Source: Amphiscolops sp. MND2022
Taxonomy: Eukaryota
Assembly (NCBI GenBank): GCA_964187785.1
Contig: OZ076410.1
Coordinates: 22,754,001-22,818,000, forward strand
Direction of reading: 5' to 3'
Length of the DNA stretch: 64,000 nucleotides
Shown: one piece after another, positions 13,868 through 26,531 of the stretch
How the letters are laid out: every line of letters begins with the position of its first letter
Position numbering within the stretch: the stretch's first letter is position 1
Notes under the pieces: model-generated
What the model was told of the DNA's origin: nothing
The model's input: the letters and a program-made list of their open reading frames with translations, nothing else
Databases searched by the model: none
Position numbers and translations under genes: made by a program

Positions 13868-14534
13868 TTATTCTGTGATTCAAGAGAAGTTATGGCTGTC
13901 AAATTTAAATTCTGAGATAGTAGGCGTTCATTTTATGTGATAAGAATGAAAAAACACGCGCTTCAAGAAGGAAACTGGGAATTCAGCCAGCTTTACAAAA
14001 ATTCTGTATTAGAAAAGTTTCAAGTGCAGATTGTTCCTACCTTGAGAACAACCCTTAGATAGTGTAATCTCAGCGAGGTTTCAAAAAATTTTCGTTTGAA
14101 CGAATTTTCAAAACTTAAAACTTGCTTACTACCAAAACTGTTATTTTTTCTGTGTTTGTTTTTTTTAATCAGCCGAATGTTTCTTTTTCGATAATGTTTC
14201 TGCCTACATTTTGTGAATAAGAAAATTTCAGTTCATAGAAAACTGTAAACAGATATAAATCTGACAATTTTCAATTTGACTGGAACATGACTTTTTTAAA
14301 ATATATATGTTTGAATGAATTCGTATCGCTTTGATAAAAATGTTTGAAGAAATTTCTACGAATATTCGGAGGAGAACTTTACTTTGATTGAAAGTTTTTC
14401 ATGTCATCAAAAAAGTTTCCATTAATTATCTAACTGCGAAACCAATCGATAGTGAATTTAGGAGTTTGTAGCCGACGGAATTGATGAATCGAGTGAAAAT
14501 AACAAAAATCCGTTCAGTGCGCGCATGAACTCGC

Positions 14535-14705
14535 CTGAATTCCACTGTCTGTCCACAGCCGCACGAGGGCGTCCTTCACTTCTGGTGAGAATGCCTCTGT
14601 GTCCTCCATTCTGCTGACAATGTCGAAGATCATCTTGGCATCATCTTCCCGCTTGGGGTCTCCGTAATCGATGCCCAATGTCTCCATTGCACGCAGCATA
14701 GCCAC
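14535..14705 (-). CDS. GNAO1: G-protein alpha-o subunit, coding exon 3 (codons 82-138)
   Basis: [57 protein letters not shown]; SRMEDTE.F is Go-like. AG acceptor at 14707-14706; in frame (phase 0) with exon 2; probable donor CAG|GCGAGT. Confidence 0.93.
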
Positions 14706-15136
14706 CTAATCAAATGGTACTCTATTAAGAATTGAAATCGAGTTCGATTCCTGGTAGTTGCCCCTATTTTATAATTTTATGAGTTGTGGAAAAACTTTTT
14801 CAAGTCAAAAAGCAGGTTTCGAAAGCTGGCTTTCATTAATTCTTGGCAGCTAGCTCCTTGAAAACTAAACAAAAGATAATACTAAACGTGAGTCAATATG
14901 GTTAACTCATATATGTTCGATAAAAGTTTTATCATGAATGTTCAAGTTAGCAGAAAGTTCTAAATTTTAGAAATCTCTCTCCAATCTTATTCTTGGTTCC
15001 AATGGGCAATCAAGTAGATGTTTTTCAACCCAATGATGACAATAGCTTCATTCTTGATTAGTTAAACAGTCGTTTTTAATACCAGTAGTGTCACTGAGTA
15101 ATTTGGTATGCAGTGCGTTAACTATTTATAACTAAC

Positions 15137-15255
15137 CATAGATTGGATGGTGTTAGAATAAACAACTGCTCTGTATTGTCTAGATTCTTCTTCGCTGTAC
15201 CCGTCCATGTGAATAATTTTAAGCTGCTTCACAATTGTCGATTTACCCGATTCAC
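15137..15255 (-). CDS. GNAO1: G-protein alpha-o subunit, coding exon 2 (P-loop and alpha1)
   Basis: (G)[44 protein letters not shown] acceptor and GTTAGT donor. The first 2 nt (GT) complete the phase-1 Gly codon left by exon 1. Missed by the ORF track because it is short. Confidence 0.95.
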
Positions 15256-16636
15256 CTAAACATACCGTGATGCATCACAAATTCCGTAACTTTTCGTAAC
15301 ATTACATAACAGTACTCAAAACGGCTTACATAATAATGATTCACAACTGAAGTCGTTACCAGTTGAAAAAAAAACATTAATTTATTTAGATGCTTCATAG
15401 AAAGAACAAAATATTAGAAAACAACAACTCATTTTAAATCAAGCACATCCACCACGGACGAGGAGGAAGGAGCACTGTTCCTTTTCGAGCCCCCGCACCG
15501 AGAACCAGAACTGACACATAATTGTTCTTTGAGCCTCGTGTAAACTATAGTCACGTCGTGCTCTCAAGTTTTTTAGAGAAATATTGGAAAGGTGTTTCTG
15601 AACTGTTTAAACGAGTAAGGGTTTGTATATATGACCTTATTTGCGAAGAGTTCATCTAATCTAAGTTTTGAAGTTACTTATTCCATTTAGGTCGACAAAT
15701 GGTAAGCTTTCCGTGGAGTACTCTCCAATTATTTGCACTTTGCGATAGTTCTGTTGTAAATGGTGGAAAGTAGACATTTAGATTATTTAGATTTGCACTC
15801 ACAGTCGTGGAACAAATTACTGGGCCGCTGCCATTTTGACGATGCTGTTAATGAAATTGGCAGGTTTATTTCGTGAATTGCAAAATCTAACCAAATGCTA
15901 TAGCCATTTTGCTTTTTATTACACCGTTTCTAATTTAGATGAACAAAATTCCAATTTAGTTGAAGGTCGTGCTTCTTAATTCGACCGATGACAATTAAAA
16001 TTAATCAATGCTATCACAATTCCAATTTAGATGAATAAAAGCTAACTTTATTTTGATGAACACGAAAGCTAACAGAACTCAGCAACCAATTAAAACAGAA
16101 TCATTCCAAAGTATCATTTTTATTGAATAAAAAGACAATTTACTTATATAAAATGACAGCCAAAGAATTAAGCAGCAGTTGCCTAAGGTAAACGCAACAA
16201 ATTCTCAGTCTCAGCGAAAGAAGGAGTTACTGAAAATAGGATTATTTCATCTAAAATGGAATTTATTCCAATCAAAGAGAAATTTTGATGCGTTTTTAGT
16301 TTTATTGCCACTCGCGGATTCATCTAGAATGAAATTTATTCATTTAATTTGACACCGATCAGCGGGGACAGGTAATGGAACAATAACATCTTATTGGTGA
16401 ATTCATTCAACTTGAAATATTGTTCATCTAAATTAGAAACGGTGTACGTTACTGTTTTCATATTGTTTACTTGTATTCTTTTACAAAAGTAAATTTTTGA
16501 CTTAGGTATTGATTTTACCCTTTTATATCGTATTCTGACAATTAACAATAAACTTTTTGCTTTGAAGCCTTTTGTGTAGTGACCGAACATCTTGTTCCAC
16601 AACTGTACTTGTGCAATTGTTCGTAGGTTTGTTTAT

Positions 16637-17224
16637 TAGTCGGCGCATTTCATCAAAATGAGCCCGACTATTACAGTGGCAAGTTTTTCTTCTTTTTTTT
16701 TTTCGTCAGACCACAGAATGTATGCATAGTGGACACTTTTTACAGAACTACTAAAGTACTGGAACGGCAAGCGGAATCCTATCTAAGTTAGTGTAAAGGG
16801 TCCCCCCTTTCGTGTACTCAATTTTTAACGTAAGATACGAAACCGGACGGGACTACAGGTTCCCCCTTTAAGTTTTTTCGGCACTGTGAGACTTTTTTTC
16901 CGATTTTTTTGTCGCCAAAGGGTCCACCTTCAAGTTTTTTGATAATTTGCAGCAAACCGAAGTTTCAAAAAGCCCAAAGGGTCTCCGCTTTCTAGTTCTC
17001 GACACTATGAGACTGTTTTAAAATTCTCATTTTTCGTTTTTCTGAAAATTTTTTCAAAAATTTTTTGAATTTTCTTAATGTCTCCAAAGGGTCAATTTTT
17101 TTAATGTTTCAAAACAAACTGGATTTTCGAAAAGTCAAAAAGTTTCCCCTCTTTTACAATTTTAAAAACTTTGCGCTTTTTGAGCCTTAGATATAGCGTC
17201 GACTTTAGACGTTCCCGTCTTGTT
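16637..17224 (-). mobile_element. DINE-1/Helentron-like non-autonomous element, copy A
   Basis: Minus strand starts AACAAGACGGGAACGTCTAAAGTCGAC...CTAAGGCTCAAAAAGCGCAA and ends with the stem-loop AGTCGGGCTCATTTTGATGAAATGCGCCGACTAA. Confidence 0.7.
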
Positions 17225-19237
17225 TTTTCAATATAACTCATGGTTGCTTCATCTGTTCCGTGACGAAGTTGATCGAAACGTTCTTTCTCTAGCTCCACAA
17301 AATAAAAATCAAAAAGCGTTAAGATTTTGTTTCGCTTTATAATGTCTTTTAATTAATCATCTTCAGTTCGGAAAAAATTGCTCTCAAGATTCGTCTTTGC
17401 GCGTTTTCAACTTTATTTAATTCAATTTTTGCAGCTGACTCATATGCAAGTTGTCCACAGCCCGAAAGACATTACGCCTTGAAATTATGGGGACTGTAAA
17501 TAACATAAATAAAAGTGTTGTTTGTAAATAACGTCTGAAGAAGGTAATCATGATCTGCCACGATCACATGCCCCTAAAATGCAGGAACGACGCGAAGCAG
17601 AGCGACGTGTCATTGCCGGTCTAACGGCTGGTTTTGACACGAAGACCGACCTGGAGACGCTGGAAGCGCCTTGGAGAAAGGAAGGGCTTTTCATACAACA
17701 AATACGTTGTTGGGCGTTATCTCCTAGAACCTTCTTTATCGCCGCGAAAAATGGCAGTCCACATGAAGAAAGCAACATCACGAATCATAAAGGCGAAAAG
17801 TTTGAATTGACACATTTCTAAAAAACCATTATTGGAGAAGTGCTGAAAACGAAGAGTTTTATAATAGGTTTCAGCAAGCACTCCTGAAATGATGCGATGG
17901 AATTAAACCAACTTCCAATGGAAATGACGCTAAAGGGTATTTTTTAATTTCTTCATACCTCCAATCCGAAGCTTTTTGTCGATGAAAAGTCATTTTTTAT
18001 GAAAAGTGTTTTTCCTTGATTTTTGACTCCCTACTTAACTACGTCAAGAGGGGAAGAGCTCCAGCCACCTACCGAATAATTAGTACCAAAAAACATCAGC
18101 AAAAGGGTTTTTTAAGGATGACATTTCCGTTGATCACTGCTTTTACTACTACTTCACTTTCTTCCACACTTATTGCATTAGGTTATATGACATTTTGTGC
18201 CATTTTGTGTGGGTTTCAACCGGTTCCATTTCTATCAATTACAATTTTCTAACTGTTTGCAAAGTAAAATATCACTCTTTTTGACGTTCTGATTTTTCAA
18301 AATCTTACAGGAACTCCAACAAACGTTTTGTAATTTAACGTCAGAAGAGTTTGTTCAGCAAATTTAGTCTGATTAGGATGTTGTTTCAAAAACTGTTTTG
18401 AAAGGTTTGTTGACAATCCCATTAACCATTTAGCATTCAAAGAACTCAGGTCCTCCATTTTTTAAAATTCAGTTTAAAGGTGCAGCGTAACAACCAATAC
18501 AGAGAATACAGTTTCCCCGTTTTTTCCGTCAACGTGTAAATAGGTGCTTGGCAAAAAAACGGTACTCAAAAATTTTCAGCAATTTTGACAACGCAAACAT
18601 TAGCAAACGAGATGTCAACTGTCGCTATATTGAGTACCTGTACGATTATTGGTCTACAGTAAGCTACACGTTAATGCTTCGCTCTTGTGAGCGCACATTC
18701 CCAATACCAAGAGCTGTGGGAAATGAATTCTTGGGGGCACTGAGGTGTAAACGCTTCCAGACTAACAATCAGGTTCCACTGATAGATGCTATAGAATGAT
18801 CTTGCATATCTGAGAGTGAGCGTACAGGGATCTTGCAAAAAGTCAGTTACTTCTGGCCTTATTCTTGCAAGATGACTTACGCAGAGATCGTAGAGATCTT
18901 GCATGAGTCTTGCAAGTTATGTATACTATCACCCTTCTAGAGGCGAGACACTTTAGTAGCTGTTTTCTTGGTCACAAGATTGAACGTAGTAGATGAAATC
19001 TGCCCGCTTTGCATCTTGTTAAATATTGAAGTGGAGCTATCCCTCTGTGTATTTATCTGGCGACGCTTAACCCTTGAAGAATTTTGGGTGCTCCAATATT
19101 TCAGGCAATTTATAGGACAACAAAATTAGAACGTGAGGTGAGTGTTTAAAACATTTAGGTTTTTTTCCAGAATCACTGAGCATTTTATACTAGTGGGACT
19201 GCTTCGTTTTACTCCACAAAGCTTTAAAACCCGTAAA

Positions 19238-19705
19238 GCGACAATTCGTTCCAAGCGACAATTCGTCCCAAGTGACAATTCGTCCCAAATTCCGAAAAGC
19301 GACAATTCGTCCCAAGCGACAATTCGCCCCATTTTGAAAAGGCGAAATTTCGTCCCAATTATTAAAAGCTGCAATTTGTCCTCAATTTAATTGCCAATAA
19401 AGACCTTTGTAATAATGAATCCGGAAAAATTACAATTAGAGGCAGGTGCCAACAATTAATTTTAACATTCCACGACTAGTACGTTAAAATGCAACATTTC
19501 CAAATTATTGTCACGTGGTTGAATGAATTCATTTGTAGTTGGTTTGATTATTTCTTTCGTTTCAACCTTCAAAGGGTTTTGGCTGATCAATTAAATAATT
19601 TGGGATGAATTGTCGCTTTTTACAAATGGGACGAATTGACGCTTGGGACGAATTGTCGCTTTTAGGAATTTGGGACAAATTGTCGCTTGGGACGAATTGT
19701 CACCC
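19238..19705. mobile_element. Foldback-type element: inverted arrays of the 17-bp GCGACAATTCGTCCCAA motif
   Basis: About 6 forward copies at 19238-19362 and about 5 reverse copies at 19600-19705, with matching linkers on both arms. Confidence 0.8.
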
Positions 19706-19811
19706 AACCTTTTAAACCTTGTCAACATTCAGTCCCTCGCAAAGGTTTTCATTCAATGATTCTGTTATCCCTAATGATGGAAAAAGCAACAACGTGGAAG
19801 TTTCAATGTTT

Positions 19812-20010
19812 TAAACACGACGGGAACGCCTCAAGTCGGCGTTACACTTAAGGCTCAAACAGCGCCATGTTTTAAATATATGCTCATGAATTTTTTTATG
19901 AAAACTCACAAAAAAGTGTCGAAACACCCAAAGGGTGCCTTTTGTCCTCGGAAAACGCTTAAAAACTTTAAAAAAACGCTTAAAAAAATATAGCGTGCAG
20001 GGACAAATGG
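19812..20010 (+). mobile_element. DINE-1/Helentron-like family, diverged 5' fragment
   Basis: AAACACGACGGGAACGCCTCAAGTCGGCGTTACACTTAAGGCTCAAACAGCGC matches the family 5' end. No 3' hairpin seen. Confidence 0.55.
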
Positions 20011-20364
20011 TAGCGTTTTTTTCGAATCTCCGCCTACTCGTTGGTCAAACGCAAACTACTTTGGATATAACGTCAAAATTTCGGATATAGCGCAATATTT
20101 TCGAGCCTCCATCTCTTTAATGAAGAGCAACTTTACTTCGGATATAACGTCAAAAGTTCGGAAATAAAGAGAAATAAAGGGCTAGGCCACGGTGGCCACA
20201 GGAGTGTGGCGGCCGAAGATTGTAAAGGGCTATTCAGTGTCAAACTGTCATCTCATGAAGAAAACACTTGCCGCTGTAAAAGTTGGGCACATTTTTTTCT
20301 AAAATGCGCTGACTATAAAGAGGTGTCGTTTTCGTTTTTTGACGTTTCTCATTGACGTTTTTCA

Positions 20365-20476
20365 AATTTGACGTTTTTCGACGTTTTTCAAATTGTCCTC
20401 CCGTCGAATGTTTGGTGTTGCAACACCAAACATTCGACGGGATGACAATTTGAAAAACGTCGAAAAACGTCAAATT
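20365..20476. repeat. 112-bp spacerless palindrome
   Basis: Axis GTTG|CAAC at 20420/20421; 56-bp arms with one mismatch. Confidence 0.9.
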
Positions 20477-20813
20477 GATATTAAACTTTTGTTTATCCAC
20501 ACAGTTCAGTCGTGAAGTTTTGAATTTAGTTACCATTTGGTTATTATTTTTCTCAAAATTTCCTTTTCAGTGCCCACCAAATGCAAGTTCGATGACAAAG
20601 CAGCTACATAGGGCTCAAAAGGCGCAAACCACTTCAAAAAGTTTAGGAACTTCTTTCGAAAAAATCCTCAGGTTCCACCATGGTGGTAGCTGCTTTGTTA
20701 CGAACTTGCATTTGGTGGGCACTGAAAATGAAATTTTGAGAAAAATAACCAATGGTAACTAAATTCAAAACTTCACGACTGAACTGTGTGGATGAACAAA
20801 AGTTTAATATCAA
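20475..20813. mobile_element. Long-TIR MITE-like hairpin (~130-bp arms, ~78-bp spacer)
   Basis: 20475-20607 is the near reverse complement of 20686-20813 (TTGATATTAAAC...GCAGCTAC / GTAGCTGC...GTTTAATATCAA). Confidence 0.8.
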
Positions 20814-22662
20814 CAAGTACCAATTCAATAAAGACATTTCCTGTTTCTCATAAAGTCAAGTAGCATTTATCACAGCTTTTGTTTAGCAAATTTTCGCTTA
20901 CCAACTTTTACGCATACTAAAGCAACAAAAAAACGTATTTGGTTGGAACTTCTGTTCAACTGGAAACAATTTCCACACAGACAAGAAACAATCTTTCTTC
21001 CTTAATAAAAACAGGCTCAAACTTGAAAGGGGAAAATACTACTGAAGCACTTTATTTATATTGAATTTTTCATCCAATTTTTCGAACACACGAGGTTCAA
21101 CAAAAAGAAGGTTTTTTGAAATCGTCTATATTCTAGGTAACATAGTCATATCAACTGAAAACATCAGAACGATCTGGCTATGTAAAAGTTTGTTTACCAA
21201 CAGTTTTCGATCTTTCGCTATGACTCCTAAAGGTTGATGATCTAACACGTACGTTCTGCTGATTTGACAAGGAAGATACATAAAAATTGCAACAGTTAAT
21301 AATCAAGGCTCCCTAATTTTGAAAAATAAGAATCCAAAAGCTTGAAGGTTTTCGAAAGTACTGAAACGCTGGTTTTTAGGAACCTTCAGAAAAATATCAC
21401 AGTGCCACAAAACTTCTAAGGGGAGCATTCGGGGCACATTAAACGCCTTTTGAAAGATGTAACCTTTTGGTGAATGAAAAACCTTTTGAAATTTTTGTGA
21501 CTGAATGCCAGCTTTTATTGTTATTAATGACTTTTGATAAAAATCAGCGAAATTCTTTTTCCATAAGTGAAAGACTGTGCTGATTGTACCCGTACTGACA
21601 ACCCATGGTAACCCACCACTGGCCATTGGTGGAATACCAGTGACCACATGGAGGCAATTTTGGATAATCAGTCACTATTTCCACCGGTGGTCACCGGTGC
21701 TCCACCGGTTGTCACCGGTGGAATTTTTTCAAAAAAATGAATTGTGAATTATGGAAAATTATTGAAAATTATTATTTCATTATGGAATTCGAAGGTTATT
21801 TAAATTTTCAAAAATTTACTTCTGCACTCAAGAAGTTCTGCAGCATTTAAGACTAATTTTGGCACCGCGTGTACGCGAGTCGCGATGTAGCTGCAGAACA
21901 AATATAGCACATGGACACATGGTATCATGTCCGAAGTTCTCATTTTTACAGAAAGACTGTTACGTCATTAGAGTGCCTTGGAGGTCACACAATTACGTGG
22001 TTGTGTACCTAAAGTGACCATGAAAAACCCGAAGTGACCTCTGCTTCATAATTCAAGTTGCGTCATAGCGCAAACAGAGGCTCGTAAACACGTTCATCTT
22101 GGTTTAATTATTTAGTTTCATGCACTGCCAGAGGCAGATCAAATCTCGCCACAATCAAACTTTTGTTGAGATACACTCACTGCCAGGTAGTAGGTCGGGG
22201 GTTCGAACCTTGCTCTCGCTTGTTGCTTTTTTGGGAGCGTTCTTTTGAGCCTTTCAACGTTGATGAAAAACAGCATTCATAGAAGAAACGACTTACTGAA
22301 TTGTCAAAGTGAAACAATTACATATAACTCAGTAATTCTCAACTTTTTTAAGAATCCCCGATGGATAAATGAGCACAATATATTTAGTAGACTGAGATGG
22401 AAAAAAGTGCAAATTTCCCCAGCTTCGAGCGAATTTTTGCAAGAACAGTCAATAAAAATTGAAGTCGACTATTGAATTGATTTTCCAATTCATGCAAGAG
22501 GTCATTTGATTTTTTTCACACGAAATGCGCAATATTTCTAAAGTGCTAACTAAGCTAATCAATATTCCAAAATTGCAGAAAACTCGAAAAGTGACTTGAG
22601 TTCAATTTTCATAGCACTTTCAGTTCGTTTTGGGAGAAAAATTGAATGAATTTTTCTGGAAA

Positions 22663-22714
22663 TTTGCCTAAATTTTCATTCAAGCTTCTAAGCTTGAATG
22701 AAAATTTAGGCAAA
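22663..22714. repeat. Perfect 25-bp-arm hairpin, 2-nt loop
   Basis: TTTGCCTAAATTTTCATTCAAGCTT-CT-AAGCTTGAATGAAAATTTAGGCAAA. Confidence 0.9.
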
Positions 22715-23322
22715 ATTCATGACATGATTATGCCACTGAGTTAAGGAAGACAGATTCGCGACTAATCGGAAAGAAGTTTCTTAGTTGATCACTTATTGCT
22801 CAATCGAAGCAGTGACGTAATATGCACCCCAGCTTTGTTTCTTTACAGCATTGACAGACTTGCCATTCTAATTCTAAAGCAATGCTGTTACTACTTTAAT
22901 CCCGACCGGCTCGGTCTGACAATTTTTCTATACCTTGAAGTGAAAAGGGTCAAAAATGATTTTCATCGATAAATAAGAGAGGTTAAGTTCGATACCCAAT
23001 TTTAATATGCAAGATAATGAAACAATCTTTGATCAAATTTTTTCTTCTGCGGAGATTTTTTTCCCTCATGCTTCTACTTCGTAATGAGGTTCTCTCTTCG
23101 TACAAAGTTAAGGTTCAAAAATTGATGTCATTTTCATGATTTGATTTTCGACGGCAATTAAATTTTTTTATTTGTTCCAAATTTTTGCTCATGGTTACTG
23201 AGAAAAAAGTCAGTTGAAGCAGAAAATCATGGCTAATGAACTATTTACGAATTTCTGAACAGAAGAAGAATTTCTGAACCGAAGCGGTCAAAAAGGTGCT
23301 CTTAGTGAAATACCCAAAGGAG

Positions 23323-23746
23323 AATAAGACGGGAACGTCTCTAGTCGGCGCAATATCTAAGGCTCAAAAAGCGCGAAGTTTTAAAAATTGTAAAAGGGAC
23401 CCATTGGGCTTTTTGAAAGTCCAGTTTGTTGCAAAATATCGAAAACATCGAAGGTGGCCTTTTGGAGACAAAAAAAATCGGAAAAAAAGTCGCACAGTGC
23501 CGAAAAAAGTTCAAAGGGGGACCCTATAGTCCCGTCCGGTTTTGTATGTTACGTTTAAAATTGAGTACACAAAAGGGGGCCCCTTCGCACTAACTTAGAT
23601 GCGTTTCGGCAGACGTGGCCGGTACAGTAGTTTAGTAGTTCTGTAGAAAAAGTGTCCACTACGCATACATTCTGTTGTCTGACGAAAAAAAACTAGTCAC
23701 TGTAATAATCGTCCTTTTTTCATTTAAGGCAAAAGGCGCCAACTAA
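23323..23746 (+). mobile_element. DINE-1/Helentron-like non-autonomous element, copy B
   Basis: AATAAGACGGGAACGTCTCTAGTCGGCGC...CTAAGGCTCAAAAAGCGC at the 5' end; degenerate hairpin ...GGCGCCAACTAAAA at the 3' end; internal homology to copies A, C and D. Confidence 0.7.
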
Positions 23747-23916
23747 AATCACCAAGAATCTCTCGAAAAACGCTGAGTACCCAACATTTTTCAAAAATGT
23801 GTTGGCAAAACCTTTTGTTTTCCAAAAACATTCTGCAGACATTTATCACCTGAAAACGCTCTAGAGGTTAATCCTTTTGCAAAAAAGTTATCTACTCGGG
23901 AATAGGCTAATGGATG

Positions 23917-24371
23917 CAGAGTTGGAACCAAGCACGTCATCAAATGTTGCCGGGCCGGGCCGGGCGGGCTTATAACCGGGCTTTTTCGAGCTTAAATTTT
24001 TCCGGGCCGGGTATAACAATTCGGAAAAGAAATTCAAATTTATACATTAACCTGGGCTATATAATTTGCGCAATTGATTCCTTTTATTTGCTCAAAGTTA
24101 ACGAAATTTTAATCAGGCTTGTAGAGCCCAGATGTCTGCCAAAAACTGTTTGATGTCGAGTTTTTGAATTCTGTTGCAAAACTGGGATTTTTGAATTCTC
24201 ATTATGCTTATAGCTGATTATCATTTACAATTTAGTTTCGGGTATCAAATTCGTTTTCGTGCATTTTCGTCGGGTATTGAAAATGTTCAAAAATATCGGG
24301 TCGTGTTAGGATTTTTGAAACGGGCTCGGGCCGGGCTTCGGGTAGAAAATCATGACCCGGTTCCAACTCTG
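23917..24371. mobile_element. hAT-type MITE
   Basis: 13-bp TIR CAGAGTTGGAACC / GGTTCCAACTCTG, with a perfect 8-bp direct duplication AATGGATG at 23909-23916 and 24372-24379. CGGGCCGGG subterminal motifs. Confidence 0.9.
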
Positions 24372-26005
24372 AATGGATGAGCTTTTTTGAAAAACCAACA
24401 CTCAATTAGCCAGAAACCCATTTCCGACGTACGTTTACCAGAGAGCACCTCTCATAAAACATCCGTTTAATGCAATTTTAAAGATTTTATCAACATATCA
24501 CCAAAGAAAATCCCGAGACTGAAAATTTTTGCTTCAAAAATGAAAACCATATGTTTGGCCTGCTGAACTGGTATACATGGTTACTCTAGTTGAGACTGTT
24601 GGAACATTTTTACCTGCTACATGCCTTCAATTGTGGCAATTTGTTTAACAATACCTAGTGAATCCAGGAAGCATTGTTGGAAAAACTTGAACATTAACAC
24701 TACACTTTTTACTACTGTAATTAAAAACGACATGGTTTTCTTTCATTACTAGCACGATCACGTTGGTTTCAAATTTGTACTTTTAAAAGAGTCTTTTGAC
24801 TTAATCACCGCATTCCAAATAGCACGCTGATGACGCCAGTTTCCATTAAAAGGGTTGTAAACTTGATTGAGTCTCAGCGGCGTGCAAAAATGATTAAAAC
24901 CTGAAAACCTTTCATGGTTTCGATTTGGCGCTGGACGTTTCATGAACTCTCAAGCGGGTCTTTCAAAATCTGGAAAAATATTATAGGGATATATCGAAGA
25001 AAACATTGGAAAAACTTCCTAGAAGTCATATTGAAGATTGTTGAAAATCTTCTAAAAACAAAAAAACGTTCAACCAAATGCATCTAGGGCACTACAACTA
25101 GCTGTAGATTTCAGGGTACTTTTCCAGTTTCCTCCAATCCTTGAGTTTTTACCTTTTTCATTTTTCAGTTTGAGAATCGGCATTAAATTTCTACTTTGTG
25201 TTGTTGAAATGAGTTTCTGCAACTGTTTGAATCCAATACAGTTCTGGAGTGGAACTGACCGGAAGTTGTATGCCAGCGTTCTTGAAACTTTGTTTTGTTC
25301 ACCCTTCCAGCATATTGAATCTGTTCAAATTAGTTGATCTTTGTTCAATCAAAGAAAATTCCGTCCAATAATAATAAATTGAAGCAAAATTGAGCGATAT
25401 TTCAAAGTATAATCCTCTGCAAAAAATTCTGTGCAGTTTACAAATCAATTCTGTAGAAATCACGGGTTGGAGAAACTGGAAAAGTACCAATTTCAGAAAT
25501 AAAACGAAAAATGGAGGAAAAGGGGATTTTTCTGCTTTGCTCTTGGAAAAACTGAAAAGCAGTTTTCCACAAAAAAATTCAGTTCGAGAATAAATTAAGC
25601 GTCGTAAAGTGTAGTCCCACTGTAAGTGTAACTTTTCCCTCGTTCATTACTTGAACTTTTTGGATGTTCTTTAACGTTGTGAATAACTTTAACTATCACT
25701 TTGAGAATTTTTCTGAACTTTCATACGAAAAATATTTCCGTTTTATTCAACTTTTATCACGTTGTGTTCCAACAATTTTTCCGTGAAATTTTGCAGGTTT
25801 TATCATGAACCAGTTTTTTTTAATGCGGCTAGAACGTTATAAACTTTACCGCCGCTTTAATGCAAAATAACTTCAGTCACGTTATGAACTGCAAATTAGC
25901 ATTATCGTGAGCCTGCTATTCGAGAAGCAGTGATTAATTGGGAAGGGTAGTTGAGAAATCAAAATGTGAACACAACGTGATCGCGTCGATAATGAAATGA
26001 GAACA

Positions 26006-26531
26006 CGAATTTGCAGGGTTACCGAAACAATTATTTCAACGAAGATAACTGCCATAAATCAATATTAATAATTTATTTTTGAGATGATGGAATAAAAATA
26101 ATTTATTTTCGAATCTCGAATTACCAATTATTCTTTTAACCGCCAAAATATTTCTGCAATAGCGAATTGAGTCGTCAGCCAATAGAAATGCGTCGCATTA
26201 TAGACGGTATTGTTTCAAGTGCTGGTTATTTATATCTGCGAACGTGGCTTCAGATGTAGCCGATTGACACAAATTCTTTTGCGGCATGCATTGTCACGAC
26301 TGCATATGGGGCCATTCAATTTTTTTTACATTATAACAGGAAACTCTAGTCAGCAGAAACTGTTTCAAAACTGTTAATTGTAAAATTATATTGTGAACTT
26401 TCTGCAAATATTGCAATAATTTATTTTTAAAACAATTGTTTTGCAATTACTTATTTTTTAGAATAGAAATAGAATAGTTATATTTTTAGATAAAACCTCA
26501 AATTAATTATTTCGGTAACCCTGCAAATTCG
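26006..26531. mobile_element. MITE with TIR CGAATTTGCAGGGTTACCGAAA.AATTA
   Basis: Left CGAATTTGCAGGGTTACCGAAACAATTA; right TAATTATTTCGGTAACCCTGCAAATTCG. AT-rich interior that is not palindromic. Confidence 0.75.

Noticed and set aside
19067-19580. piggyBac MITE (TTAA-CCCTTGAAG...CTTCAAAGGG)
   Set aside because: The TIR is short and imperfect, the right flank is TTTT rather than TTAA, and it overlaps a better-supported foldback element.
19238-19705. CRISPR-like repeat array
   Set aside because: There are no unique spacers of regular length, the arrays are inverted relative to each other, the context is eukaryotic and no cas genes are present.
22185-22215. tRNA or SINE (GGGTTCGAACC B-box-like)
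   Set aside because: No A-box, cloverleaf or second copy could be seen.
24780-25090. Very decayed Tc1 transposase C-terminus
   Set aside because: The resemblance is vague and needs several frameshifts; no TIRs were found.
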